Part shown: positions 30,581 to 42,184 of the stretch, piece by piece
Layout of the letters: every line of letters starts with the position of its first letter
How positions within the stretch are numbered: the stretch's first letter is position 1
Source of the DNA: Rhodospirillales bacterium
GTDB lineage: Bacteria; Pseudomonadota; Alphaproteobacteria; Bin95
Direction: 5' to 3'
Assembly: GCA_038143065.1 (NCBI GenBank)
Contig: JAYQLI010000010.1
Coordinates: forward strand, 1 to 50,935
Length of the DNA: 50,935 nt
The notes under the pieces: generated by a model
Seen by the model: the letters and a program-made list of their open reading frames with translations, nothing else
What the model was told of the DNA's origin: nothing
Databases searched by the model: none
Made by a program: the position numbers and the translations under genes

Positions 30581-32405
30581 GACATCGGTTCCACCACGTC
30601 CGATCACCAGCGCATGGCCGATCCCCGGTTTGTGGCTGATGCCGGCGATGAACTCAGCCCGGGGGCAGACACCATGCGTTCGATCAGGAACTGACTCGTG
30701 TCGAGGCGGACGTCATATCGGGTGACAGAGGCCTGAATTGCGCTGATGGCGTGGTCTAAACCTGCTGCGTCTTTGATATTCAGATGTACCGCCCCGGCCT
30801 GGTTTTTATGTGCAAGATCAGCATTAAGCAGTTTGACCGCCAGCGGATAGCCAAGAAGGTCTGCAGCAGCAATAATCTCCTCAACAGTGTCGGTCGCGTA
30901 GATCGGAACCGGAATGCCATGCTCTGCAAGCAAAGCCTTGCCCTCAGCCTCGTTCAGGGTGGTCAGCGGCGAATGAACGGCTGGTGTGGGCAACAGACGG
31001 CTCTCAGGGTCGGCCAGAACCTGCGCGCGTAAAACCGGATAGCGCGCCAGGGCGCGGAACGCGCTCAGCGTGTCGTCCAACCCTTGCAGCGTGACCACGC
31101 CTGCATCCGGCCAGCCGGAGCCGCAGATTAGCAGGCAAACCATCGGGGAAAACACTGGCGCAATCACCACGGGGCATTCCATGCGGTCGTTCAGCTGGAT
31201 CAACCCTTCAAGCGTCGACCACCAGACTTCGGCCACCTCCGGCTCACGCGGCCAGTCAACGAAATAAACAAGCAGATCACAGCGATCATCCATCAGGATA
31301 CCCATGCCATTATCGAGGTGTCCGGTGTGGACATCGCCGCCCAGGGCAGGTTCCAGTCGAGCGGGTTCATCAGAGAAACCAGCTCTAGGACGGTCTGGGC
31401 AATGCATTGCGTTGCGCCCAGTGGGTGAACTCAACCGACATCGCGCCCCTTTTCCCGATCATCGCGGCATAGCCGCGGAAGTTACCGCAGCAACAATACG
31501 GTTGCCTTTGGGGGGCTTGGGACTGCCCAGCAGTTTGAGCGCCTCAATCAGGGCCTGGGTGAGTTTGCTTCGACAATGGCCAACCGACGGAAAAGGGCTG
31601 ACCAGATTTCGTTGTCTACCGCCAGGGTGCCGGAGTGGCTTTGCGCCAGTTCAGCACTTTCCTGCGTGCCACCAGCCTTAAGCACCACAAGGGCAGCACC
31701 CTGTTTCACCGCACGCAGGGCGGCGGCGCTGAACGCGGCGATGTCCACGATCCCTTCCAGATAAAGCCCGATGGCACGCACGCGGGGGTCATCCAGCATA
31801 GCGTCGATGTAATCGGCCATTGAGAACGGCCTGATTGCCCATCGAAATGACATAGCCCAGCGGCAGGGCCTGTTCGACATTGGTCACCGAATAAGCGCCA
31901 TAACCTGACTGGCTGATCAGGGCGACACCATCGCCCGCAACAGGCGAAAACACGTTGTCCCGCCCCAAACGGCCATGCCATCAAACATGTTCATCACGCC
32001 CAGACAGTTCGGACCAACAAGCGCCAGGTCGCCCGCAGCCTCGGCCAACCGGGCCTGAAGGGCCGCGCCGTCCGCGCCTGTCTCGGAGAACTCGCCGACG
32101 AGAGAGACCGCCCCACCTGCACCCATCGAAAAGAGCTCTGCCACTGTATCAATCGTGCGTTCGCGCGATACGGCGATCAGGGCGGCGTCCGGAGGTTCGG
32201 GCAGATCGGCAAGGCTTGGCACGCAAGCCACACCAGCAAGTTCAGTGTATTTCGGATGCACTGCCCAGATTTGCCCGGTAAAGTCGGATTTTCGAGTGGC
32301 ATTGATACAGTCTTCAACCGCCCTGCCGCCGACAAAAGCGATGTGACGCGGTTTCAGGAGCCGCTTGAGGTTTTCGCGGCGAGCGCTGCAGGCGTTGTCC
32401 TTCAT
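30581..32405 (-). pseudogene. ADP-forming acyl-CoA ligase family protein (CoA-binding plus ATP-grasp), many frameshifts, C-terminally truncated
   Basis: LLKPRHIAFVGG, LVGPNCLG, GLYLEG, SHSGTLA, LNEAEGKALL, YPLAVKL...HKNQAGAV.L, LIERMV. The frame ends at LVIGRGGTDV directly against the boundary repeat. Confidence 0.8.
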
Positions 32406-33535
32406 TCTGTGAACTCCATGACCTCAAGGCCGCGAGGAATGCGTTTGTCAGCGTCAAAGAAAGGTAGTGAATGCAGGGCAAGCGGATGCTCATTACCGTC
32501 TCGACCCTTCACTGTGAAAGTATTGGCCGACATGGCCGCAGGTGTTTCGAAGAGGACATACCCGATCCCGTGCCGAGGGTTGGCGACGGCTCAAACGCTT
32601 TTACACGGCCAACTGCTACGCCGTTCGCATAACGGGCTCCCCCCACTTGATATCATTCGCCTCAGTCACGAAACCGGAAAAGCGTGGAGCACGTTCGGCG
32701 GCCTGCAAGGCGTCCTTCCGACGAAGTCATGACCAAAATCTACAAAGTCGCCCAGCTTCAGGTCAAACGGTGTCGTGTCCCAGCCCATGTCGGTGCCGTA
32801 GTTCATGATCCCCGCCTCGATCCGGCGCGGGTTCATGGAGTAGGTTGATAAGACCTCCATCCCATGCGGCGCGCCTGCCTCTAGCAGGTGGGACCATAGA
32901 GCGATTCCATCGACATTCGGGTCCATGTTGTAGACCTCAAAGCCCAGCTCGGCGGTCCAGCCCGTCCGGCTGATCAGAACGGGCTGACCGCCCATGGTAA
33001 CCTGTCTTGAGTGGTAATATTTGAACCCTTCTCGGTCCCCGCCATCAACACAGGCATCTAGTATCGCGAGGCTGGTTGGCCCTTGGATCTGAATTGCCCA
33101 GGCGCCCGGATCTCGAATTTCTAAGTCATAGCCAGGTTTCAATGCTTGGAGCCAAGTGAACACGTCACGATCCGCGTGGACATACCAAAACCAATCTTCA
33201 GCCAGCCGGAACACAACACCATCACAAGCAATGCCACCACCATGGTGGCACATAAGACCATAGCGCCCACGATCCACCGCCATTATGCTGACAGGCCGCG
33301 TGAACAAATAGTCAAGGAACTCCGCCGCATCCGCCCCCGAATTTCCAGCGGGACCTCGGCACATCGAAAATGCCTGCCTTGGTGCGCAACACCCGGTACT
33401 CTTCGGACGATGGGCGCTCAAATGTTACGGGCGTCAGCCGCCCTTCGTGGTCGCCATAAGCGGTGGTCAGGTCGCGCGTCGCCTGAACCATGGTGAACGC
33501 ACAGCGCGAGATTATGGGCAATACCGTTCGGCCAT
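32402..33535 (-). CDS. GcvT/DmdA-superfamily aminomethyltransferase (frameshifted)
   Basis: EYRVLRTKAGIFDVP, IQIQGP.S, ISRTGWTAELGFEVY, RRIEAGIMNYG.D, LPFFDADKRIPRG. Confidence 0.82.
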
Positions 33536-33641
33536 ATCCCGGCTCCTTTTGTTGTTGGTGTTAGTGGGTCAGCCGGGCATGAAATTGGCCAGTAATCGGC
33601 AGTTTTGAAGGGCGGGCGAGGTCGATGCCGGCTAATGATAG

Positions 33642-34260
33642 CTACTTCACCCCCGCCAATTGAAAACCACGTTGGCCATCCCACCGATTGCTTGAGATGG
33701 CATCGAGCAAAAACGCGGCGACATCTTCTTTCGTAATGGGCCGTGCGAATGTGCCATCGCCATGAAAACACGGTATTTCCCGTTTCCGGGTTTTTCCTTC
33801 AGGGCGGCGGGGCGGACCAACACATATGGGACTTCTCCCTCACGCGATATGCGGGCATCCGCCCGTTCATAATCCGCGAAACTCGAACGCCCACCGATCA
33901 TTTGCAGCATCTGTTTGACGACCCATGACGTGCCGCCACACCCAATGCTGCTGACAAACAGGCATTTTGGCGGATTGGGTTGCGCGGCGGCTGTTTGCAA
34001 AATCATTGCGTCGGCCGCTTTTTCCATGATCAACACACCTTTGACATTGCCAAGGCAACTGACAACGACATCGTCACCGAGAATGACCTTCGCGACATCG
34101 CTAGGGCTGGTGACGTCGCCTTGAGCGCAGAGAGATTTGTATGTTCGGTGAGTTTTTCGGGCGTTCTAACCAGGGCTACGACCTCGCATGACCGGCGGCA
34201 AGCGCCTTGTTAGAAAATGGCCACCAACCGCACCAGTCGCGCCAAAAAGTGCAATTTCAT
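33642..34260 (-). CDS. NAD(P)H-binding atypical SDR / flavin reductase-like protein (frameshifted)
   Basis: IALFGATGAVG, VVSCLG, YVLVRPAAL, ITKEDVAAF. Confidence 0.7.
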
Positions 34261-34289
34261 GTCTCGCCTCCTGTCTGGATGTTTGCCTG

Positions 34290-35935
34290 TTAACCCGGTA
34301 GGGCGCGGCTGATAATGGCGTCGAGGTCCAGCCCCTTGGGCAGGGTCCCGAATGCGCCGCGATAGCGTGGGGCGAGACGCGAGGCGCAGAAGGCATCGGC
34401 AACGGCGCTGTCGCCGTGGCAGGTCAGCAGCGCCCTTGTAAGGTCAGCGCCATCATCTCGGTCACCATGCGCATGCGGGTTTCCAGCCCGTCCGGATCCG
34501 CCAGTTCATCGCGCAGATCATCGATTGCACGGTCAGATTAGGATGGTTTCCGCGCGCCTTCTCCAGTTCCGCCATGAAGGCCGGGATCGCCTCGGTTCAC
34601 GCCCCATGGCCCGCAGCACGTCCAGCCCCATGACGTTGCCCGACCCTTCCCAGATCGAGTTGAGCGGCGCTTCGCGGTAAAGCCGGGGCATGATGCTCTC
34701 TTCGACATAGCCCGGACCGCCATGACATTCGAGCGCCTCGACCACCAGGCTCGGGCAGCGTTTGGTATTCCAGTATTTCGCTACTGCCGTGCCAATGCGG
34801 GCCAGCGCCGCCTCGGTCGGGTCATCGGCGTTGTCCATCGCGCGCGCCATCCGCAAACCCGAGCGCCAGCGCCGCCTCGACCTCGACCGCCATGTCGGCC
34901 AGAACATTCTGCATCAGTGGCTGCTGGATCAGGCGTTTCTGAAAGACCGAGCGGTGCGATGTATGATGCAACGCCTGCACCAAAGCCTGCCGCATGATTC
35001 CGGCCGAGGACATAGCACAATAAAGCCGGTTGCCAGTGACCATCTCAATGATCGTGCGGATGCCACGGCCTTCCTCGCCGACCATCACACCGTATGTGTC
35101 CTGAAACTCCATTTCGGTCGACGCGTTGGAGTGATTGCCCAGTTTGTCTTTCATCCGCTGGATAAACAGAGTGTTGCGCGTGCCATCGGGTCGCCATCGG
35201 GGCACGAGGAAGCAGGAAATTCCCATAACTTCGGTATTGGCCAGTACCAGAAATGCATCACACATCGGGGCCGAGCAGAAGAATTTGTGCCCGGTCAGCA
35301 GGTAGCCGTCACCGATCGGTCGGGCCACTGTCGAATTGGCGCACATCCGACCCGCCCTGTTTCTCGGTCATGAACATGCCGATCATGGCGCCGGTCTTTT
35401 CAGCCGCCGGAATGTCGCGCCTGTCATATTGCGTTGACAGAAGGCGCGGCATCCATTCCTCCGCCAAATACGGTGCCATGCGAAGCGACGGCACAACGGA
35501 ATAGGTCATCGCCATCGGACACATCACGCCGCCCTCGGGCTGGCTGAACATATAGGTTAGAACAGACTGGCCTACATGTCCTGCATTGTCCTCGTTATGC
35601 CAGGCGAAATTATGCACCTTATTGGAAATCGCGAGATGCATCAGGTCATGATAAGCGGGATGAAACTCTACCGCGTTGATCCGCATGCCATAGCGATCAA
35701 AGGCGCGCAATTCCGGCCCATGTCGGTTGGCTTGGTTCGCTTTCTCAAAGGTCTCATCCAGCCCGGTGAGATGTCCGACATGGGCAAAATGCCCGGCATG
35801 AATGGCCCCGCCCATGTGTGATGCCCAGTGTCTCAGCGCACGATCATTCCCCCACAAGTCCTGATCGCCCATGTGTGGTGGCATGTTGATGACCTCATGG
35901 GTCGGCAAATGCGAAATCGGATCGCGTGGTGTCAT
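34290..35935 (-). CDS. AidB-like acyl-CoA dehydrogenase (frameshifted)
   Basis: THEVINMPP, VEFHPAYHDLM, CPMAMTY, MTEKQGGSDV, GHKFFCSAPMCD, KDKLGNHSNAS.E, EALECHGG.GYVEE, REAPLNSIWEGSGNV. Confidence 0.88.
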
Positions 35936-36029
35936 GATGTCTCTCCCTGCAGTGAGAGTAGATGTCCAAACCGGTCAGCGGCAAACCCAATTTCTTGATC
36001 TCTGTGTTCAGATCAGATTAAACAGAAAC

Positions 36030-36906
36030 ATGCGATTTCGAGCCTTCGACAGTCTCAACATCTTCCGTACCGTTGCCGAGAAAATGAGTTTCACGGCGGC
36101 AGGGGATGCCTTGAACATGTCCAAGGGCGCGGTGAGCTACCAGATCGCGAAGCTGGAGGACGAATTGGGCGTGCGCCTGTTCGAGCGCCGCCACACTCAT
36201 ATCTGCCTGACGACGGAAGGCACGCGCCTGAAAGATGCAGCGGCACGGCACCTGAGTCATATCGAGACCGTAATGGACGAGATAAGATCAACCGTTGAAG
36301 AACCACTGTGCGTGGGCGCCCACAGCTGGTTCATCGCTCGGTGGCTCGGCCCGAGGCTGTCCGACTTCACCCGCGCCAATCCCGATATTTCGCTCAGGTC
36401 GAACCGATCAATACCAAGGCCGATCTGCAGAACCGCGCCCTCGATCTGTCGATCTTCTGGTGCGATCCTTCAGCCGAGGACATGGACGTTGAAGTGCTGT
36501 TCAAATCCAATACCAGGCCTTTGGCCAGCCCGGAAATCGCAGCCCGGGCCGAAGCACTAGGCTTGGAGACCGCTGTTCGGGAAATTCCGCTCTTGCCGGA
36601 TGCATCCGGCATGGCAGCCTGGCGCGACTGGCATGACATCGCGGGACTGACATTCGCGCCGAAAAAGAACGCACTTTCGCTGCCGGACGCCAACAGCCGC
36701 CTTCAGGCCGTCATTGCTGGAAATGGATTGGGGATGCAGGATGCGTTTGCAGAGCCAGAGATCGAAAGCGGTCATCTCGTCTGGATCTCGGATCTTGCGC
36801 TGACAAACTTCGCTTACTGTATCTCGCTGCCAACAAAGGGGAACATTTCGGCAGCCGCAGAACTCTTCAGAGACTGGATAAGGGCGCAGGACTTCTGGAA
36901 ACCTGA
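36030..36906 (+). CDS. LysR-family regulator (GcvA-like), frameshift near 36400; 3' end approximate
   Basis: SFTAAGDALNMSKGAVSYQIAKLEDELGVRLFER, WLGPRLSDFTRANPDI; divergent from the acyl-CoA dehydrogenase operon. Confidence 0.88.
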
Positions 36907-36971
36907 ACGAATGCTTCCGGCTGTGAAACCTCCGAGCTATTCGTCCGTGTCGAACGAGGTTAGGTGCCACC

Positions 36972-36997
36972 AAAGCAGTCGTCGGTTCAATGCGCAG
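36972..36997 (+). repeat. Boundary repeat, partial copy B
   Basis: aaagcagtcgtcggttcaatgcgcag matches 30544-30569 at 19 of 26 positions without gaps. Confidence 0.45.
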
Positions 36998-37238
36998 AAA
37001 GAAAGGCCGGTCATTTCTCGGCCAACACAATGTGCCAGCTGTTCTTGGACATATACAAAGCAATTGGCCTCAAGGACGCCTCAAGTCATTCAGGTCGTAG
37101 GACCTATATTACCCGTTTGGCCAACAAGGGTGTAGGCGTGCGATTGCGGCGCTTGCAGGGCATTCACATATATCCACAACACAGAGATATATCGATGTGA
37201 ACTCTGACCAGTTGAGCGAAGCAGTGGAGCTACTTTAG
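36998..37238 (+). pseudogene. Tyrosine recombinase C-terminal fragment
   Basis: GHFSANTMCQLFLDIYKAIGLKDASSHSGRRTYIT (H-x-x-R); after a frameshift, LAGHSHISTTQRYIDVN (second His and catalytic Tyr). No N-terminal half. Confidence 0.85.
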
Positions 37239-37248
37239 CAATCAGGCC

Positions 37249-37284
37249 TTAGCGGACTGTAGGGCAAGGTGCAGCGAATGGCTA
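37249..37284 (+). repeat. Boundary repeat, copy C
   Basis: ttagcggactgtagggcaaggtgcagcgaatggcta keeps the same register as copy A and starts 10 bp after the recombinase stop. Confidence 0.55.
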
Positions 37285-37498
37285 CTAGGAGCCCAACCTG
37301 TGAGTTCTTTTTTGCCGCGTGCGCTCGCAGCGGAAAAACTGCCGCTCATGCATGGATCAGAGTACTGCCGCGTGACGAGAAGAGACGCCATTCATTTGGA
37401 GCGCATCAGGTTTCCTTATACAATACTCGAGCGGCAAGGTTTTGTTGTAATTTGACATGCCAATGCGAACGTTTGGTTCCAAATAATTTGTGGATTTG

Positions 37499-38342
37499 TC
37501 AATCAAAGAGCTTGTTGCGGGTCCAGTCGAAGGTCCCGGTGTCTCGTTCCTGCACCGCCTGCTTCCAACCGACTTGCTCCACGCGGGCTTTGAAGTTTAT
37601 GCCTTCGGGCGAATGGCGAGTGATGCCGTCGAACACGGTGGCAAGGCGCTGCGTCTCGTTGATTTTCTCTTCGACCGCCGCGTTGATCACCATCTTCTGC
37701 ATGGCCAGTTGGTTGATCGGCACGGATGCCATACGGACGGCCAGCGCTTCGACCTCGGCATCAAGCTGATTGTCAGGCACGGATTTAAGCACCAACCCCA
37801 TCTCGGCGGCTTCGACGCCGGTTATTTTGTCACCCGTGAACATCATGCGCTTGGCCTTTTCAGGCCGAGCCGATGCACCCACATTGCAGTTGTCGGACAG
37901 CCCCAAACGCGGGTGGGCATGTAGCCGATCTGTGCCGTGTCCCCCATGATCGTGAGATCGGCACACAGCGCGATGTCCGAGCCGCCCGCAACGGCGAAGC
38001 CATGCACCTTGCAGATCACCGGTTTCATCGCCCGGAAGAGCGACATGAAAGCCTGCGTGTTAGCCCACATGCACTGGAAATCCTGCATCGGGTCCCAGGG
38101 CATGTCCTGCACCACCTTGTTGGAACCATTGCGCTTGGCGTAATGGGTAAGATCGTAGCCCGCGCAAAGGCATTTCCTGCGCCAGACAAAACTATCACAT
38201 GTATGTCACGATCATGGTCGGCCTGTGCAACTGCTGCCGCTAGTTCGCAAGGCAGATCATCGTCGATGGCATTCATTACCTCAGGTCGGTTCAGGGTGAT
38301 CCGCCCGATCCGGCCATCTTTCTCGAACAGAACCTTTTCCAT
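37499..38342 (-). CDS. Enoyl-CoA hydratase/crotonase family protein (frameshifted)
   Basis: ITLNRPEVMNAI, KPVICKVHGFAVAGGSDIALCAD, MFTGDKITGVEAAEMGLV. Confidence 0.85.
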
Positions 38343-38344
38343 AC

Positions 38345-39781
38345 TTACCCCCAATCGCTAACGGCCTTGACCTCAAGGAACTCCTCAAGACCCCAGGCAC
38401 CACCTTCACGGCCATTGCCCGACTGCTTCATACCGCCAAAAGGCGAGCCCGCGCCGCTGAATTTGCCGTTCATCTCGACCATACCAGATCTTAGCTGTCG
38501 CGCCACGCGACGAGCTCGTGCCTTGTTCGAGGTCTGTACATAATTCGTAAGACCATAGGACGTGTCGTTCGCCAAGTTGATTGCCTCTTCTTCGCAGTCA
38601 AAGGGTGTTATACATAGCACAGGGCCCGAAGATTTCTTCCCTCCAAATCGTCATATCTTGCGTGACGTCGGCAAAGATTGTGGGACGCACAAAGTAACCG
38701 TGTTCAGCCCGTCGGGACGACCAGACCACCCGCAATCAATTTGGCACCTCATCTATGCCACGCTTGATCAGGAATTGGATCTTGTTCAACTGTACTTTAG
38801 ATACAACCGGACCGATCTGACGGCCCTCAATATTTGCTGGACCGCCCTCTGTTTTCTCCGCCACTGTACGGGCTGTTTCAACGGCATGCTCGTATATCGC
38901 GCGGTCGACCAACATCCTGGTTGGTGCGTTGCAGGACTGGCCCGAATTGTTTAAGCAGTGCCGAACGCCTCGCGTGACGGCCTTTTCATCGGCATCAGCA
39001 AATATGATGTTGGCTCCTTTGCCTCCCAGTTCGAGGCTAACGCGTTTCACGGTATCTGCCGCAGCCTTGCTGATCGCCGACCCCAGCTCGGGCGTTGAAC
39101 CCGGTGAAGCTGACCATGTCCACGTCCGGGTGCGCGGTGAGATGCGCTCCAACACCGGCACCATCACCGTTCACCAGATTAAATATCCCAGGCGGAAAAT
39201 CTGCCTCATCAATCATTTCAGCCAACAGAATGGCGCTGAGCGGGGACAGTTCCGAGGGTTTCAGCACTACCGTGCAGCCCGCGGCCAGCGCCGGGGCGAC
39301 CTTCAGCATCACCTGGTTCATCGGCCAGTTCCATGGGGTGATCAGGGCACAGACACCGGGACGGGTCGTGTATAATCATATCGCCGGGTGCGTGATCGCC
39401 CAAAGGACGTTCAAAGACAAAAGCTTTGGCTGTCCGAATAGTGTTTTTCAGATGTCCTGCTCCAGAGCCGACCTGTGCGGTCTTTGCCAGTGTGATAGGC
39501 GCTCCCATTTCTCTGCTGATAGCCTGCGCCATGTCTTCGGCCCGTGTCTTATAGACTTCCATCAACCGCTCCAATGCGGCGATCTTTTCCGAAGGGTTGG
39601 TTGCCGCCCAGCTTGGAAAGGCGTCCTTAGCCGCAGCGACGGCCATGTCGACATCAGCGACGCCACCCAAAGTGATCGTGGCAATCTTTTTTTCTGTGGA
39701 CGGGTTCTCCACCGGCATTTCGCGCCCGTCGATCGAGATGACCCATTGGCCGTTGATATAGTGTTTGGTTGTGTCTTGCAT
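38345..39781 (-). CDS. Aldehyde dehydrogenase (frameshifted)
   Basis: [54 protein letters not shown]. Confidence 0.88.
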
Positions 39782-39796
39782 GGTGATTCCTGTTAG

Positions 39797-41401
39797 TCAG
39801 AGTTCAGTATATTCCCCGGCGACAAAACGATCGCGGAGAACAAATTTCTGGATTTTGCCTGAGCCGGTTAGGGGGAACTCCTCGACCTGCACCCAAACAT
39901 TCGGCGTTTTTTGTGGTGACATATTTGCGCGGCAATGCGCGTGCAGCGTACCCTTGTCGAGCAGTCCTGTGCTCCGGATGAACGCGCCTATAACCTCTCC
40001 CCATTTTGGGTCTGGCAGGCCAACGACAGCGACCTCGGCCACGCTTGCGTGTTCCAACAGGCAGTTTTCAATTTCAGCGGGAAAATGGTTCTCGCCTCCG
40101 CGGATGATCATTTCTTTCACACGACCCGTGACTGTGACGTAGCCTCGTTTATCCATTCGACCAAGATCGCCGGTGTGCAGCCAACCCATTGCGTCTATGG
40201 TCTCGGATGTGGCCTTCAGGTTGTCGTTGTATTCCAGCATGACGCAGGGGCCGCGGGCACAGATTTCCCCGACCTCTCCTACGACGACGGCGCAATTGTT
40301 ATCGACACTGCGAATTGAGACCTCAGTCTGAGCTACCGGCTGGCCTGCCGTGTTGCAGATGTCGTCAATGGTGTCGTCTAGATGATGTTGTGTGATCACC
40401 GGACAATGCTCGGTCTGGCCATAGAGGGTGGAAAACCTGGCACCCATCAAGTTCTGTACCCTGCGCACCAATTCGGGCGCCACCATTGAGCCGCCGCAGC
40501 TGACGAGCTTCAGAGCCGACATGTCTCGTGGACGCGCATTTTGTGCATCGAGCAAGGCCACCACCATGGTCGGCACGCCAAGGATGATGTCAGCGCCGCT
40601 CGCTTCCAACTGGTCAAGCACGACATCCGGGTCAAACAGGCTGACCAACACCATTCGGCACCCCGCCTGAAGGCATCCAAGCGTGACCATCCCGCAGCCC
40701 GAGGTGTGAAACATCGGCATGATGTTGACCCAGGTGGTCGCCTCGGTTGTCCCGCAGCGACCCGCGTAGAACCGGGCGTTGTTGACCAGTCCGCGATGGC
40801 TCAGGACTGCCCCTTTGGGAAAACCGGTGGTGCCGGAGGTATACTGGATCATCGCCGCGTCGCCTAGATCGGCATTGGGCAAAGCAATCGGGCGGGAGCC
40901 TTGTGTGTAAAGCGCTACGCTTTCCATGTCCGTGACTTCGCGAACCGATGGGATGCTCGCGGCGACTTCAGTCCCAATTTGGCTCATGGGGTTGCCGCGG
41001 AATTCTTTGACAAGGAAAAGTGCAACCGCGCCGGATTGTTCCAGCACGTAGGCTAGTTCGCGTGCCTGAAAGGCCGGGTTAGCAGTCACCAGTACTAGAC
41101 CGGATAGGGCACTGGCATATTCCAATAGGACCCATTCTGGGCTGTTGGGCGACCAAACTACTACCCTTTCGCCAGGCGCAAACCGTGTGGAGAGCGCCAT
41201 GGCTAGTCTCTCAGCATTTTGCATAAGTTCGGCATAGGTCCAGCGGCGCCCCTTGGTGCCGTTCTGTTTGACTTCGACCAAGGCCTCCGCTTCTGGTCGT
41301 GCCGCCGCGACCTCGCGCAGCAATGCTCCGATGGTGATGTCTCGCGTTTCTATGTCGGACTGAGGCTGAGCATGGGAGGTGGTGAGGTCTAAGTCATACA
41401 T
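39797..41401 (-). CDS. AMP-forming acyl-CoA synthetase
   Basis: YTSGTTGFPKG, YGQTE, WLHTGDLG, GRVKEMIIRGGEN, TGSGKIQK. The likely start is MYDLDL at 41401. Confidence 0.92.
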   Translation of the reverse strand: MYDLDLTTSHAQPQSDIETRDITIGALLREVAAARPEAEALVEVKQNGTKGRRWTYAELMQNAERLAMALSTRFAPGERVVVWSPNSPEWVLLEYASALSGLVLVTANPAFQARELAYVLEQSGAVALFLVKEFRGNPMSQIGTEVAASIPSVREVTDMESVALYTQGSRPIALPNADLGDAAMIQYTSGTTGFPKGAVLSHRGLVNNARFYAGRCGTTEATTWVNIMPMFHTSGCGMVTLGCLQAGCRMVLVSLFDPDVVLDQLEASGADIILGVPTMVVALLDAQNARPRDMSALKLVSCGGSMVAPELVRRVQNLMGARFSTLYGQTEHCPVITQHHLDDTIDDICNTAGQPVAQTEVSIRSVDNNCAVVVGEVGEICARGPCVMLEYNDNLKATSETIDAMGWLHTGDLGRMDKRGYVTVTGRVKEMIIRGGENHFPAEIENCLLEHASVAEVAVVGLPDPKWGEVIGAFIRSTGLLDKGTLHAHCRANMSPQKTPNVWVQVEEFPLTGSGKIQKFVLRDRFVAGEYTEL

Positions 41402-42184
41402 CGCTGAAATCGCCTCCTCGACCCTTGCCATTGGAGAAGCGGGCTGCACCCTCAATACCAATGCTGACTTCATCTTTGCTGCCCTTCCATTCCTGCTGCA
41501 GCGCTTCACGCATTGAGAGCCCATGTTGGGTCCGCACCGAACGTCTATCTGCGCGCATGCAGCTTTGCGGGAAACGGGCGATGTCATGGGCAAGGGCTTC
41601 GGCTTTGGCACGTGAGTTGCCTTCGGGCACGACGTATTCGCACAGGCCAATCCGGAGCGCCTCATCCGCATCGATGCGGCGCCCGGTCAAGATCAGGTCC
41701 ATTGCGCGGCCTTCACCCACCAAACGCGGAAGACGTACCGTACCTCCGTCGATGAGTGGAATACCCCAACGGCGGCAGTAGACACCCATGAAGGCGTTTT
41801 CTTCCATCACCCGGATATCGCACCAAAGCGCAAGTTCCATACCACCTGCCACGGCAGGCCCCGATACTGCGGCGATCACGGGTTTGCTGAGTTCCAACCT
41901 GCTGGGCCCCATGGCCGCCATCGGTGGCTCACCCTCATTCGGAAAGTCAAACGGATCAAGCGCTTCGGCACCAGCAAGGAGGCTGCATGCTTCAAATCCC
42001 AGCCAGCACAAAAAGCACCGCCTTCGCCCCAAAAAACAGCAACGCTTGCTGTTTCATCTGCATCAAAGGACTGGAATGCTTCAAATAGTGCCTTGGCGCT
42101 TTCGGGGTCCATGGCATTACGCGCCTCTGGTCGAGAATGTATTACGGTCCAGACGGGGCCGTCCTTTTCAATTCGTACACTCAT
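41394..42184 (-). CDS. Enoyl-CoA hydratase/crotonase family protein (frameshifted near 41980-42030)
   Basis: RPEARNAMD, AFCAGWDLK, KPVIAAVSGPAVAGGMELALWCD, DGGTVRLPRLVG. Confidence 0.88.

Noticed and set aside
36906-37135. Long C-terminal extension of the first LysR in ORF 36308..37135
   Set aside because: It runs through the boundary repeat and the recombinase remnant, and the paralog ends shortly after the equivalent FxDW motif. Probably read-through from an indel.
30544-37284. Canonical integron (intI/attC)
   Set aside because: The repeats lack clear RYYYAAC...GTTRRRY ends, the cargo is multi-gene operons, and the recombinase fragment is too incomplete to show IntI-specific features.
39797-41671. 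624-aa version of the acyl-CoA synthetase
   Set aside because: The first 90 codons overlap the crotonase gene, and the paralog alignment supports a start at 41401.
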